Assembly: GCA_045598785.1 (NCBI GenBank)
Contig: JAZLMR010000035.1
Location: 2,091 to 66,090, forward strand
Origin: Kiritimatiellia bacterium
GTDB lineage: Bacteria > Verrucomicrobiota > Kiritimatiellia > RFP12 > UBA1067
Reading direction: 5' to 3'
DNA length: 64,000 bases
Shown: in pieces, positions 35,701 to 45,879 of the stretch
Position numbering within the stretch: the stretch's first letter is position 1
How the letters are laid out: every line of letters starts with the position of its first letter
Translations under genes and position numbers: made by a program
Notes under the pieces: model-generated
The model's database searches: none
Seen by the model: only the letters and a program-made list of their open reading frames with translations
What the model was told of the DNA's origin: nothing

Positions 35701-38700
35701 CGCATAGAGCTTGCCGATCCGGAAGAAGTAGTCGGGCGTATAGCGATTGACCGAGAACGGATCGGTCGGGCTGAACGTGAACCCGTCGAAGCGGAAGACT
35801 TCCGAGAGCATGTATTCGACATAGTTGGAAAGCCCGTCGTGGTCGCTGTCATCGAGCGCCGACGCGTTCGCGAGTCCATAGATGTTCTCCCACCAGTCGG
35901 GCAGCCCGTTGGCATTCAAGTCGTAAAGCTGCCGATACTTGGGATCGTCGAATACCCCCTCGACGTTCTTGTCGGCATAGGCGCCGCGGGCCAGATCGCG
36001 CAGATACGCTTCGCGCGCCGTCATCTTGACCCCGTTATAGAGGACATAAGTCGAAGGGGCAATCGGGGTCTGCGGATCGTCGGGGAGGCGGTATTCCCCA
36101 TCCGCATAAGCCTCCCACCAGTCCGGCAGCCCGTCGCTGTCGCTGTCATAGCCGGTGATCTCCCAGTTGGCGCTGGCCCCCTGCTTGTCCCACAGCCCGA
36201 CCGTGTTGTCGCAGAACTTCACGAACGCGCCGCCGAGCGGGAGCAGATCGTCGCCACACTGCGCCGCCGTGCGCCCGGCGAAGTTGAAGAGATTGGCCAA
36301 ACCGCCCATCACGTCGCCCGGGCAATAGGTCGGGCTGAACACGAGCTGATGCCGCGCCGCCGTCGTCCGATAGGCATTGTCGGCGGTCGCGAAGTTGCGC
36401 GTATACTGCGTCCAGAGCGAAACCGGTTCCGCGTCACGGGCAAAGCCATAGTTGCCATTGACGCCGCCCGCAAAATCCTGGCTCCAGAAAGCCGAGTCGC
36501 CCGTCGTGCCGTCAATGCGCGGCAAGTGGGCCATCGTATCCGGCACCCAGGTCACCCAACGCGGATCGGCATAACGCGAACCGTACGCATCGAGGACGCG
36601 CTTCCACCAGCCGCAAACCCAGTCGTCCGGACGCGACCAGCGGCCGGCGTCGGAATCGAGGAACCCGACCGGCGCCTGCGCAAGCGACTCCACGTTGTCC
36701 GCGCCGAAGACGGAATCGAACGAATAGTGGTGACGAAGCTCCGGCAGCACGTTCATGCCGCGGGCGAGATCCGAGTAGCGGCTGTAGCCGAACGCCAGCC
36801 ACTTGTCATAGAAGGCCGCGCGGTTGCTGACGGCGTCGGCCGCCGTGAAGCGCTGGCGCATCGCGCCCGAGATCTCCGCCTGGCTGCGCGCGCCGTCCCA
36901 GATGCGGACTTCGTCGACATAGCCCTTGAAGAAGCGGGTATAATAGTCCCAGCCCTTCGCCTCGGTGAGGTCGAGCGCCCGGCCCACGGTCTGCGAAGCC
37001 ATCGGCCCCGGCAGCTCGGCGTAGGTCTTGAGCGACGCACCGACAATCAGCGCGCAGTAGGAATAGGTCTTGCCGAACGAGAAGTCGTCATATTCGTTCG
37101 CCAGTCCTTCCGCATGCCGGGCGACGATGGCGTTGCGGCCATTCTCCGGCCACAGCTTGTTGACCTTGCCGTCAAGGTTTTCGCCGACCGAAATCCCGTT
37201 CACGTAGAAGCGGAGCGATTCGCCGTCATAAGTCGCCGCGAGGTGCACCCAGCGGTTGGGCTCGACGGTCACGCCGCTGTCGACGAAGACCTGGCTCTCC
37301 ACCTTCGTGCCCGTGGTGTCGAACTTGGTGAACCACTTCTGCGACTTGATCGCGATCTGGAAGTTCTTGCGGATGAACTCCTCGTCGGCCGCGCCCGATT
37401 CGGAACCCCAGACGGCGCGTTCGATCACCACCGAATCGGCGTCCGACTCCGGATAGGCCCAGCACTCGACCGTATAATGGCGGAAGGTGTCTTCGGTATC
37501 GAACTTGGTCGCCCCCAGCGGCGAAAGCTCGACGCACCGCGGCATCGTCTGCAGCGCCGACTTGTCGCCCGGGAAGTACATCGCCTGCCGGCGCATCGGC
37601 GCATCGGCATTCAGCGGGCTGGAATAATCGGTGATCTTGCCCGACAGCTCGCTGCTGTCGTTGACGCCGTCATGGTCGGTGTCGTAGCCTTCGTTCTCTT
37701 CGAAGGAACAGACCCAGTTGAAGTTATTCTGGGCGGCAACCGCCCACTTGTCGGGATTGTAGACCCCGAACGCCGGCACTTCGCCGTCCGCCGTCTGGGC
37801 CAGGGTGTAGCCGCCGAAATCGCAGAACTTGTACTCATCGCCTTCCGGAGACGTGAAGGTCGGAGCGCCGAGCAACACCGGGCTGAAGCGCGCCGGCATC
37901 CGGAAGAACAGGCGCACCAGCGAATTCGAGTAGCTCGAATCGGTCATCCACAGCGGCGTCGGGTCGGTGTGGTTCGCATAATCGAGCGCGTCCCGGGTCT
38001 GGATCGCCTCCTCCTCGTTGCGGATGTCGTCGCCATCGGGATCGGCGCCGAGCATGCCGTTAAGCCACGGATAGACGGTGAAGTCCATGCCCGTATTGGT
38101 CGCGCGCGCATCGGCCTTCGCCCGGAGCGGCGAACCGAAGCGCGTCCAGGTGTTGACCAGGTCCAGCGACTCGCTCTGGTCGCGGCGCCAGGCCTTGACC
38201 GGCGACTCGTACATCGTGCCGGCCTCGGCGTTCATGCCGTAGCACCACGCATGGTAGACGAGGTCGCACGGCTGGCCGTTCTCGTTGCGGACGCCTGCGG
38301 CGCCCAAAAGCGGATTCATGCCATGGAAGAGCTCGTAGTAATCGTCCATACCGTCATGGTCGGAGTCGGCCTCGATCGGCGAGGTGCCCATGTAGCACAT
38401 CGGCGTATAAAGCGCCTTGTTCTTGACGAGCCCCGCGCTGACGAACGCCAGGAACCAGTCATTTTCGGGCTTCGCCGAAAGCTCATGGTCGACGCCGTCG
38501 TAGAAGAAGTAGTAGGTGCCGGCATCGGTGAACGCCGGGTCAAACCCGTTCTTCACCCGCGTGAAATACTGCGAGCCGACCGGCGACTGGTCCATGACCA
38601 GATAGGGGTTGTAGATCGGGCTCTGGGTGTTGACCAGGGTCTCGTACCAGAACCTGCCCTCGTCGACCGTATCGTCGAGGAGCTTGAGCTTGGCCGACTC

Positions 38701-41700
38701 GACCGCCTTGTCAATGTTGAACACCCAGGCGTGTTCGTCTTCGTTCCAGTCGAAATAGGCTTCCTTCGGCGTCGAGTCCCAGCGCGAGATCGGGTCGTCA
38801 TAACGCCAGCAGCGCATCGTGCCGGTCAGATATTCCTGCCAGTTCTCCAGACCGTCGCGGTCATAGTCGCGATTGACGGCGTCTTCGTTGCCGGATCCGT
38901 CGAGAATCGACGCGACCAACTTGTTCCACGGCCGGGTGTAGGCATCCTTGACCGTGCCGTCCATGCCGTTGACAATGCCGTGGTTCTTGTCGGCAATGCC
39001 GTTCGCTTCGTCAAAGCGGCCGGCATACTGCGCTTCCCAGACGTCGGGCAGGCCGTCAAGATCGGTATCGATCGCGCACGGATTGAGGCCGCCGCCGGGG
39101 ATGCAGGTCGAACCGTCGTCAACCGGCTCGCCGTAAATGAAGCGGCCCGCCATGAACGAACACGCTTCCGCGCTGTTGGCGATGATCGCGATGTTCTTGA
39201 TTTCCGCCCCGTCGGCAAGGCCGTCCTGATCGGTGTCGGCGCCCCACGGATCGGTCGGGAAGAACTTGTTGATCCACTTCTCGTTGCCGCCCGGCGCCCC
39301 GTTCACCGTCGCCGAATATTCCGTATAGTAGGCGGTAGTGTCGGTGCCCGAGAATTCATTGAGTTCCGTAAGCCCGTCACCGTCGCCGTCGGTAGTCGCC
39401 AGCATCTGCGAGAGCGGCTGCCACGGATCCAACTCGCTCGAAGCCACGAAATTGTAGCAAAGCGCCGTCCCCGTCAAGCCAATCTGCTTTTCCACCTTCG
39501 GACCGGCCATCACATAGAGCTCCCAGCCGTCCGGCACGCCGTCGCCATCGGTATCGGCGCCGTTGTCGCTGCCCGCGGCCTCGGTAACCGCCGCCTTGGC
39601 CGTTTCCGTGCCTTCGTCCTTGGAGTTCGCCACTTCGGCGACCGCCGTCTCGCCCGGACCGCGCGGATTGGTGGTGAACTTCGCGAAAATCGTGCTCCAG
39701 GGCTGAGTGAGCGACGGCGTCACCTCCGACTCCTTCAGCACCCCGTTGTTCATCAGGAACGAGAGCGTCAGGAACTCGTCATAGGCCGTAAACGCGCGGG
39801 TGCGGGTGGCGATGCCGGCATAGCCGCTGAACGAGCCGTCGCGGGCGGTGCCGTCGGCCTCCTTCGCCCCCCAGCGCGCGTTGAGCGGAGTGAAGGGATT
39901 CCACGCCGTGCGCGGATCAAAGCCGAACTCCTGATAGACGAGGTAGTGGAGATACGCGACGCTCCGCTCGGTCGACGGCGCTTCGACGATCACCGCCTCC
40001 GCCGGCGCCTTTTGCGAACGCCCGACGGCGATCTGGCCGAAGCCGACCATGTCGGAAACCGACTCGTTCGCCGAAGTCGCGAGTCCGCCCGCAGCCGTCG
40101 TGCCGTAGATCCAGGCCGCGTTGCAGAGGTGCTCGGGCACTTCCGCCGTCAGCACCAGCTCGGCGCAGGGCACCGTCGACTCGGCCACGTTCCGCAGCTG
40201 CGTGCCCGCCAGCACCCGGATCGGCAGCCCGCGGCAAATGACCACCGGCTCTTCGCCCGACTCGGTGATCTTGAAAGTATCCTCGCGGTTCAGGTCCTTG
40301 GCCAGCATCGGCGCAGCGCCGGCGCTCTTGCGGATGGTCGCCTTGGTAGCCGCCTTGATCCAGTCGCCCGACGCGACGTCGAAATACTCGAAGACCGTCA
40401 CCGCCGGAATCGAATCGGGCCTGAGCTCGGTCTGCACGAGCGCGGCGTCGGTGACGACATACCACTGCACGCCGTCGGAATCGCCCGCGTCGTCGGCCAG
40501 CGCGAAGCTCGTCGGCGCAAGCGGATCGTACTGCTTGGGCCGGTAGCCCTCGGCCTCGTACTTGGCGGTCGTGAACGCCATCGCGTCGCCATCGGCGTTG
40601 CGCAAGCCGTCCGCCACCTCGCCGTCGGTCGCATACTTGATCGGGCTCGTGCCCGCGACCATGATTTCCCAGCCGTCGGGCAGGCCGTCGCGGTCGGTGT
40701 CGAAATCGAACGGATTGGTGCCGAGATAGAACTCGATCACGTCCGGCAGGCCGTCGTTGTCGGTATCCTGCACCTTGGCCTCGAAATTCGACGCCTTGGT
40801 CGGATTCATCGCCTTTTCGATTTCCGACGCCGGAATGAAGTCGCCCTCGGACGGATGCCGCGGATTGAAGCGGCGACCGGTCAGGTAGACATGGTTCGGG
40901 CCGTCCATATAGCCGACGTGCGCGCGATACCAAAAGTAATACTCGAAGCCGTCGTTGAAGCCGTCGCCATCGGTATCGGCGAGCGTCGGATCGGTCGGGT
41001 TCTCCGGCGTCCACTGCGACCACTTGGTCTCGTCGTCCAGCGACCACTCGTGCGCGTAGGCGTAATCGACCCACGCCAGATACTCGACCGGCGACAGCGT
41101 CGAATCCCCGTAAAGGTTCGGATCGATATACTTGAGAACCGGCTTGACCCCGGTCACGCCCGCAATCGCCGGCGCATTGTTGAGATGATCGTCCAAGCCG
41201 CGGATTTCCAAGACCGCGCTGAACTCGATCGGATTCGCCAGCGCCGCCGAAAAATCAATGAAGCTCGCGGTGAGGCTCGCGGGCAGATAGTCGCCGACCG
41301 CCGCGCCCGACTCGTCCTTGTCGTCATTGTAGGCGGAAAGCGACTTGATGTCGTCGACCGTCGTCTCCTCGGTCGAAGTGGTGCCGCGCGCATCCGTCAC
41401 CTCGGCCGACTGCGAGAAGTTGTACTTGGTGAAATACAGGTCGGGGATGCGGTCCATGTTGATGTCGCCCATGTTGTCGGAGGCGTAGTATTCCTTCGAG
41501 AAGATCGCCTCGACGGTGGTCATGGGCCACGACTTGCTGTTTTCCCCGAGCTGCGTCGGCAGGTCGACCGAGCCCGCCTGCGCCCCGCGTTCGGGCCGCT
41601 CCGGCGAAATCACCGCCGAAACCGATTCGCCCTCTTCGGCACCCTCGCCCTTCTCCGCCGCACTCGGCATCAGCCAGGCGTAGAAGAAGGAGTCGCGCAT

Positions 41701-44700
41701 GTCGCCGTCGCGAAAGGACTTGTAGACATAGGGACTGGTCACGGCCACGCCCGCCGTCGCCGAACCGTCCGATTCCAGCGCCTGGTCGTGCGTGTCCAGG
41801 GTGCCGTTGTCCGTCGGCTTCTCGATCTTGTAGCCCCAGGCATAGAGCGGCACGTTCACTTCGCTGGAGCAGTTCCACACCAGCCGGAAGTCGCTCGCCG
41901 TATTGAAGGTCGCGTTGCCCGCCGCGTAGACGTGACCTTCGCCGATGCCCGAAGCCGCCACATACTTCTGCGAGAGCTTCAGGGTCGAGGTGCCGCCCGA
42001 AGGCGCGGTCGCGATCGTGGTCAGGAACTTGGAGGCCGTGACCGTGAAGTACCAGGTGCGGGTCACGCTGCCGCCGTCCTTGTCGGCGATGGTGATCGTG
42101 ACCTGCTGATCGCCCTGCGCGGTACCGAAGTCCGGGATGAAAGTGCCCTCGGCCGCCTTGTAGTAAGTCGTGGTCGAGCCGCCGCCGCCGGTGATCGTGA
42201 CCGTGATGCCGGCTTCGAAGTCCTTCTCCACGTCGCTGCGGAGCCGCCAGGAGAGCGGATGCTGGGTGGCCGCGCCGCCCGCCACTTCCCAACGCGAGGT
42301 CGGGTTGGAATCCGGCGAGAAGGTAATGCCGTCTTCGCCGTTGTTCGGCGCCATGTTGCGCGGATGGATCTTGGTGTTGAGATTGGCCGTATAATACTGG
42401 GTCCAGGGCTCGCTCGTCTTCGGGTTGTTTCCGAGGTTGATCACCTCGGCCCGAATCCAGAACCCGTGCAGGTCGGAGGAGCTCGTGCCGTCCATCCGCT
42501 GGATGGTCACGTCCTGCGCCGCGTCGGAATTGAAGGTAAGGAAGTAGACGTTGTCGCCCGCGTGATCCATGTAGCCGGGCGGCGGCGCCTTGAGCGTCTC
42601 GTCGAGCAGCACCTCGCCGTCCTTGGCGGAATCGCCCGTCTCCTTGACCGGCGAAACGGTCAGCTTGACGTAAATCGGCTCTTCGGCGTCATAGTAGGTG
42701 AGACCGACCTTGACATAGGCGTCGCGAATGGCCGTTTCGAGGATGTTGTCTTCCGACGGCTCCACCGTGATGCCGGGATTGGACAGGACTTCGACAAACG
42801 CCGCGAAGGTCGTGTCCTTCCAGTCGTCCATATCCTTGTCCTTCACCTGCAGGACGATCTTGTTCCAGCCGGTATACGGGAAGGTGTAAAGCGTCTTCAC
42901 CTGGTTGGGATTGCCCGTCTGGGTAAGCGTATCCTTCGGGATGTAGGTGCCGTTGCGCGTCGACGCGACGCTGATCTGCCAGCGGCACTGGAAGTCGTTG
43001 TTGAGGTCGTAGGTCGAAGGATCGTCGACAAACGCCTGCAGCTCCTGGTTCTGGCCCTTCGGAAGCTTGAAGTTGTATTCGTAGCCGTCGACGTCGGCGG
43101 CAAAGCCGTTGAGCTCGATGCGCTTGATCCGCGGCTCGACGTTGTTGACCGTCACCGAGAAGGTGGAGGACTCGTAGCCCTTGACGATCTTGCTGGGCAC
43201 CGAACTGGTGGCCGTATCGTAGTCCTGCACCGTGGCGAGCACCACCTCGAAGTCGGTGTTCAGGTATTCGCCGGTCGCCGGCCCGTAGCCGTCGAGCAGC
43301 TTCAGCTTCGCCGCCGCCGCGAGCTTGTTGCCCTTGTTGATCTTAAGGCCGCGCGTATTGGACATGCCGATCACGAACGGCGTCGACGAGGAGAACTGCT
43401 GCGGCGACACGTCGTCGCTCATGATCTGCAGGAAGGCGTAGAGATCGACCTTGGTTTCCTCGCTCAGTTCGATGCGGATGTTCACCTGGTCGCCTTCATC
43501 GGCCTCAATGGCGTTGTCGCCGTCGGCGGTGGTCACCGAAACGCTCTTCGTCTTGGAAATGATCACGTTGAGCTTGCGGTAGACCGCCGTCGTGCCGCAG
43601 GACTTGTTGCCGCTCACCGGCGCGACGACATAGAACTCGGTCTCGTACTCGCCGGTCGTATCCCAGACGAAGCTCGGCATGTCGCGTGAGCTGTCGTCAC
43701 AGCGCTCCAGGACGCCGCCGTCGCCGGGCTTGAACTTGCCGTCGAGCTTCTTGAAGCCGGCCGGCGCGTTCGGCGCATGCTCGGTGTCGCTCGGATGATA
43801 CTTGACGAAGATCTCGTAGCCGTCGTCGCTCGCCATGTCGGCATAGGTGTCGGACACGCGGATCGTGACCGGGGTTTCGTCAAACTGGATGGCCGTCAGC
43901 TCCTCGCCCTCGGCCGGCGCCACGATTTCCGGATTCTGGGCGACCAGGTTCATCGACACGCCGCTGAAGCCCTGGATGATCGTCGGATAGGAACCGACCG
44001 CCACCGGCTCGAAGGCGATCTTGTTCGCCTCGCCGACCGTCTTCTCGTCACCGCGCAGCACGAACATGTAGAGCGTAACCGAATTGACATTGCCGCCCAG
44101 TTCGACCTCCGTCGTCGCGGCCTTCGGATCCGGCAGCGAAGCGACCACGTCGGAAGTCTTGGAGAAGCGGACGTACTCGCCCCATTCCGCCTCAGTGAGC
44201 GACGTCGCCGACCCCTCGAACTTCGGGTTCAGGCACACCTTGAACTTCTGCGAGACCGGCTGGGAAAGCTTGACCGTCAGCCGCGCCGCGCAAGTCTTGT
44301 AGTCGCTCGTCGCATAGGCCGAGGCGCGGTCGGCCTCGACAATCACCGACGGCGGCAGCGGCTCGACGCAGCGAACCGGCACCACCATGTAGTCTTCATA
44401 GGCCTCGCCGAGGGAGTTGCGCTTGTTGAACTTGTTGTAGGAGCTGAGCACCAGGCCCGACCAGCCGCCGGCCGCCGACTGCGAAACGCCGCGGATGGTG
44501 AAGTCGCTGAACGCATTTTCGCTGATGCTGGCGCCGATGGTGATCTTCGCCACATGGAACTTGACCCCCGGCTGCTTGGGGTCGCATTCGACCTCTTCCA
44601 CGTTCGGGCCGCTCACGACGACGGCGTTCTCGTTCGTCGACCACACGTAGAGCGACACCGACTCGTCGGCGGCCGACTTGCGCACGATCTGCGGCGCCAG

Positions 44701-45456
44701 CCCGTCCACGGTAATCGAAGTGTCCTGATGGACCGAACGCCACACGACGCTGTTAGTCTCCCAGGTCGAGGAGAAGTCCACCGTCTGCACGTTAAAGCCG
44801 GCGTTGACCAGCGCCGTGTCGGCAATGCGCTCGACGCCGCTCTTGCCGCTCGCCGAAATCCACCAATTGGGCTCGACGACCTGCATCGAGCTCTTCACAT
44901 ACTTGAACTGCCACTTGCCGCGCAAGTCGATCGCATAGTGCGGAGCCGATTCCGTCGGATCGAGCGCCGGCTGGTTCTTGCCGCCCACCACCGCGCCCAA
45001 GACGAGCGGCAGCGCGAAGTCGCCGGGCTTGGTCGTATACTTGAAAATGCAGTCGGTGAACTTGTAGCCGTTGACTTCCACGTTACGGACGTCGCACAGC
45101 CGCGCCCAACGCTCCTTGCCGGAAACGAAAATGCAGATCTGCGGCGGGTAGAGCGCCATGTCGGTCTCCTCGGACGAGCCGCCGAGATGCACCAGGCTCC
45201 AGTAGTTGACGCCGCCGTCTTCCGGCGCCACCAGCCGAATCCGGAAATAGGCGGTTTCACCGGCGTTCAGGCACGCATCCGAGCCCTTGGCCCACAGCGG
45301 ATACGCCGAAGTCGAGATGTCGCCGCCAATTTGCGTACAGGCCGCGACCTCGTAAATGTCGCCGGATTCCGCCGCATACAAGTCTGCACCGGCCACCGTC
45401 GTCACCAGCGCGAGCATCGAGAGGAGTTTCTTCATCATATTATGCCTCGTTTCCAT
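32779..45456 (-). CDS. Giant secreted surface protein (4225 aa) with about 16 thrombospondin-type-3-like Ca-binding repeats and a LamG/concanavalin-like lectin domain
   Basis: Single uninterrupted 12.7-kb ORF with a signal peptide (MMKKLLSMLALVTTVAGA) and an AAGGGA SD. Recurrent DTDxDGxPDxWE motifs (e.g. DTDRDGLPDGWEIM, DSDSDGLPDWWEAY). LamG-like block around comp(36850..37600) (...RFYVNG...YVDEVRIWDGARSQAEI). Acidic, no TM segments beyond the signal. Confidence 0.85.
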   Translation of the reverse strand: METRHNMMKKLLSMLALVTTVAGADLYAAESGDIYEVAACTQIGGDISTSAYPLWAKGSDACLNAGETAYFRIRLVAPEDGGVNYWSLVHLGGSSEETDMALYPPQICIFVSGKERWARLCDVRNVEVNGYKFTDCIFKYTTKPGDFALPLVLGAVVGGKNQPALDPTESAPHYAIDLRGKWQFKYVKSSMQVVEPNWWISASGKSGVERIADTALVNAGFNVQTVDFSSTWETNSVVWRSVHQDTSITVDGLAPQIVRKSAADESVSLYVWSTNENAVVVSGPNVEEVECDPKQPGVKFHVAKITIGASISENAFSDFTIRGVSQSAAGGWSGLVLSSYNKFNKRNSLGEAYEDYMVVPVRCVEPLPPSVIVEADRASAYATSDYKTCAARLTVKLSQPVSQKFKVCLNPKFEGSATSLTEAEWGEYVRFSKTSDVVASLPDPKAATTEVELGGNVNSVTLYMFVLRGDEKTVGEANKIAFEPVAVGSYPTIIQGFSGVSMNLVAQNPEIVAPAEGEELTAIQFDETPVTIRVSDTYADMASDDGYEIFVKYHPSDTEHAPNAPAGFKKLDGKFKPGDGGVLERCDDSSRDMPSFVWDTTGEYETEFYVVAPVSGNKSCGTTAVYRKLNVIISKTKSVSVTTADGDNAIEADEGDQVNIRIELSEETKVDLYAFLQIMSDDVSPQQFSSSTPFVIGMSNTRGLKINKGNKLAAAAKLKLLDGYGPATGEYLNTDFEVVLATVQDYDTATSSVPSKIVKGYESSTFSVTVNNVEPRIKRIELNGFAADVDGYEYNFKLPKGQNQELQAFVDDPSTYDLNNDFQCRWQISVASTRNGTYIPKDTLTQTGNPNQVKTLYTFPYTGWNKIVLQVKDKDMDDWKDTTFAAFVEVLSNPGITVEPSEDNILETAIRDAYVKVGLTYYDAEEPIYVKLTVSPVKETGDSAKDGEVLLDETLKAPPPGYMDHAGDNVYFLTFNSDAAQDVTIQRMDGTSSSDLHGFWIRAEVINLGNNPKTSEPWTQYYTANLNTKIHPRNMAPNNGEDGITFSPDSNPTSRWEVAGGAATQHPLSWRLRSDVEKDFEAGITVTITGGGGSTTTYYKAAEGTFIPDFGTAQGDQQVTITIADKDGGSVTRTWYFTVTASKFLTTIATAPSGGTSTLKLSQKYVAASGIGEGHVYAAGNATFNTASDFRLVWNCSSEVNVPLYAWGYKIEKPTDNGTLDTHDQALESDGSATAGVAVTSPYVYKSFRDGDMRDSFFYAWLMPSAAEKGEGAEEGESVSAVISPERPERGAQAGSVDLPTQLGENSKSWPMTTVEAIFSKEYYASDNMGDINMDRIPDLYFTKYNFSQSAEVTDARGTTSTEETTVDDIKSLSAYNDDKDESGAAVGDYLPASLTASFIDFSAALANPIEFSAVLEIRGLDDHLNNAPAIAGVTGVKPVLKYIDPNLYGDSTLSPVEYLAWVDYAYAHEWSLDDETKWSQWTPENPTDPTLADTDGDGFNDGFEYYFWYRAHVGYMDGPNHVYLTGRRFNPRHPSEGDFIPASEIEKAMNPTKASNFEAKVQDTDNDGLPDVIEFYLGTNPFDFDTDRDGLPDGWEIMVAGTSPIKYATDGEVADGLRNADGDAMAFTTAKYEAEGYRPKQYDPLAPTSFALADDAGDSDGVQWYVVTDAALVQTELRPDSIPAVTVFEYFDVASGDWIKAATKATIRKSAGAAPMLAKDLNREDTFKITESGEEPVVICRGLPIRVLAGTQLRNVAESTVPCAELVLTAEVPEHLCNAAWIYGTTAAGGLATSANESVSDMVGFGQIAVGRSQKAPAEAVIVEAPSTERSVAYLHYLVYQEFGFDPRTAWNPFTPLNARWGAKEADGTARDGSFSGYAGIATRTRAFTAYDEFLTLSFLMNNGVLKESEVTPSLTQPWSTIFAKFTTNPRGPGETAVAEVANSKDEGTETAKAAVTEAAGSDNGADTDGDGVPDGWELYVMAGPKVEKQIGLTGTALCYNFVASSELDPWQPLSQMLATTDGDGDGLTELNEFSGTDTTAYYTEYSATVNGAPGGNEKWINKFFPTDPWGADTDQDGLADGAEIKNIAIIANSAEACSFMAGRFIYGEPVDDGSTCIPGGGLNPCAIDTDLDGLPDVWEAQYAGRFDEANGIADKNHGIVNGMDGTVKDAYTRPWNKLVASILDGSGNEDAVNRDYDRDGLENWQEYLTGTMRCWRYDDPISRWDSTPKEAYFDWNEDEHAWVFNIDKAVESAKLKLLDDTVDEGRFWYETLVNTQSPIYNPYLVMDQSPVGSQYFTRVKNGFDPAFTDAGTYYFFYDGVDHELSAKPENDWFLAFVSAGLVKNKALYTPMCYMGTSPIEADSDHDGMDDYYELFHGMNPLLGAAGVRNENGQPCDLVYHAWCYGMNAEAGTMYESPVKAWRRDQSESLDLVNTWTRFGSPLRAKADARATNTGMDFTVYPWLNGMLGADPDGDDIRNEEEAIQTRDALDYANHTDPTPLWMTDSSYSNSLVRLFFRMPARFSPVLLGAPTFTSPEGDEYKFCDFGGYTLAQTADGEVPAFGVYNPDKWAVAAQNNFNWVCSFEENEGYDTDHDGVNDSSELSGKITDYSSPLNADAPMRRQAMYFPGDKSALQTMPRCVELSPLGATKFDTEDTFRHYTVECWAYPESDADSVVIERAVWGSESGAADEEFIRKNFQIAIKSQKWFTKFDTTGTKVESQVFVDSGVTVEPNRWVHLAATYDGESLRFYVNGISVGENLDGKVNKLWPENGRNAIVARHAEGLANEYDDFSFGKTYSYCALIVGASLKTYAELPGPMASQTVGRALDLTEAKGWDYYTRFFKGYVDEVRIWDGARSQAEISGAMRQRFTAADAVSNRAAFYDKWLAFGYSRYSDLARGMNVLPELRHHYSFDSVFGADNVESLAQAPVGFLDSDAGRWSRPDDWVCGWWKRVLDAYGSRYADPRWVTWVPDTMAHLPRIDGTTGDSAFWSQDFAGGVNGNYGFARDAEPVSLWTQYTRNFATADNAYRTTAARHQLVFSPTYCPGDVMGGLANLFNFAGRTAAQCGDDLLPLGGAFVKFCDNTVGLWDKQGASANWEITGYDSDSDGLPDWWEAYADGEYRLPDDPQTPIAPSTYVLYNGVKMTAREAYLRDLARGAYADKNVEGVFDDPKYRQLYDLNANGLPDWWENIYGLANASALDDSDHDGLSNYVEYMLSEVFRFDGFTFSPTDPFSVNRYTPDYFFRIGKLYAGEIFTDHDLVDDEWEDQYAGTFASRLVYDAFANRELDGWCNRSKVRYSKLCMPIIADRQRHMAASGELVSDYPVPTIALTLRYNGRRQSTVESAPMVVKFVTGELESEPDASYKVEVGVGSNQLYRVLGKWSDRHMVGTLTPGSVMASSMSLQACDGPSATVCSWKYHYNGEYVVYRGTIAEYEDAVRKYGVLGSNADGSGVEKLPSSSAYSELVGTEVRAEADSDFGVWVTKDGTQFGTINLATGEFDLDLGVFKGWYGSNVSNRNEVSSFEDKYFRIAYKANPLTGLPRQLYLGEATVGHVREGKNMIIAFADLDGDGEYSAGEPYGVVRNVEVSWRGTSAEIELTDVSPVTPRISLVDAESDRGISRPEYYDWLTQSYILPSSLSWMAKMNIVSTALESSDKAQHIRVVRWLVDGNSAVDCGIQNRVVLDKYVTTSVRSVLTEADIFANGELDLDWKYLNSEVVNNSVVKSKQLGITNVTYLVVTGDARVDWWSTVLTNYTVTALDTLVTRKFGKDRVLPEPVSAGEVGGVVRTANPTFTWKLDCPDEEGYPAFRIQVLKTDAAKTKVYDSGILPAPARNGKNEYVWAAPLFVGDKTQEGVVFDNNTNYSWKVAMYNAKFSTDVFSSDAPSFRMAVQTNGWSSGKVPVAVRYFGPAESFASKQVRVRAYTSPDFTGTPVAAGYVAQPADAITGLAVTNRELTANCTLIGLPPGTYYLQAFIDSNANGVCDEWETMGYFCQRNGTTADYLNPVAVKIANVVGEGDLCEIFLEDADTDGDGLPDAWEFAMYGNLTTKGVEELNLSAAGEFAISDVLTENLMQELGIGAQDINGGLAAQAMFTLSNAGAMALALGSDVSAYDTFAAAISAAVSNELVEDGVIISSLAFDENGDVVIEVEAQTEPARNDSVLAQAIVSKTMTVKCDVYWKASLADVNWIKVGETQTITVGAGASKVPVRGVEGDAGFFRVSLYK

Positions 45457-45465
45457 TTAAATCCC

Positions 45466-45846
45466 TTATTGCTTCGGTTGCGTGGGCTTCAGCCGCTGAC
45501 GGACGATTGCCTCCGTCTGGCGCGTCGACGCCTCAAATTCCCTGGCCAGCTCCTCCAGCTGGGCCTTAAGTTCCTGCGCCCGCGCGCTGCCCGGCGCCTG
45601 GGCGTTTTCCTGATCATATTCCCGCTTGAGCTCCAGGTGGCGCTTGATCAGCGACTGCTTGGCCTGCTCCTGCCGCTTCAGCTTGCCCATGAACTCCTGA
45701 TCGTTCAGGTAACTGGCGGGCGACGACGGATCCACCGCCGGCGCCTCCTCGCGGCTGCAGCCGACAACCGCTCCCGTCAGCATCAACGCCAACGCGAGCG
45801 TTCTTGGCCAGCACCAGAACGTTTTTATTTTCGCCATTTGAAACAT
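45466..45846 (-). CDS. Small coiled-coil lipoprotein (126 aa) between two giant genes
   Basis: Signal peptide plus lipobox (LALALMLTGAVVGCSRE), then a charged coiled-coil segment (KLKRQEQAKQSLIKRHLELKREYDQENAQ...LKAQLEELAREFEA). Confidence 0.5.
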   Translation of the reverse strand: MFQMAKIKTFWCWPRTLALALMLTGAVVGCSREEAPAVDPSSPASYLNDQEFMGKLKRQEQAKQSLIKRHLELKREYDQENAQAPGSARAQELKAQLEELAREFEASTRQTEAIVRQRLKPTQPKQ

Positions 45847-45879
45847 TTTACCATCTTTCCGCCATTTCAGGCAAGCGCA

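Noticed and set aside
35518-43689. 2723-aa plus-strand ORF (and similar giants at 43777..51165, 32191..35499, 51487..54525, 54522..57905)
   Set aside because: These are antisense to minus-strand genes with clear domain content. Translations are Arg/Ala/Gly/Val-rich low-complexity strings with no motifs. Long open antisense frames are expected at this GC content and codon bias.
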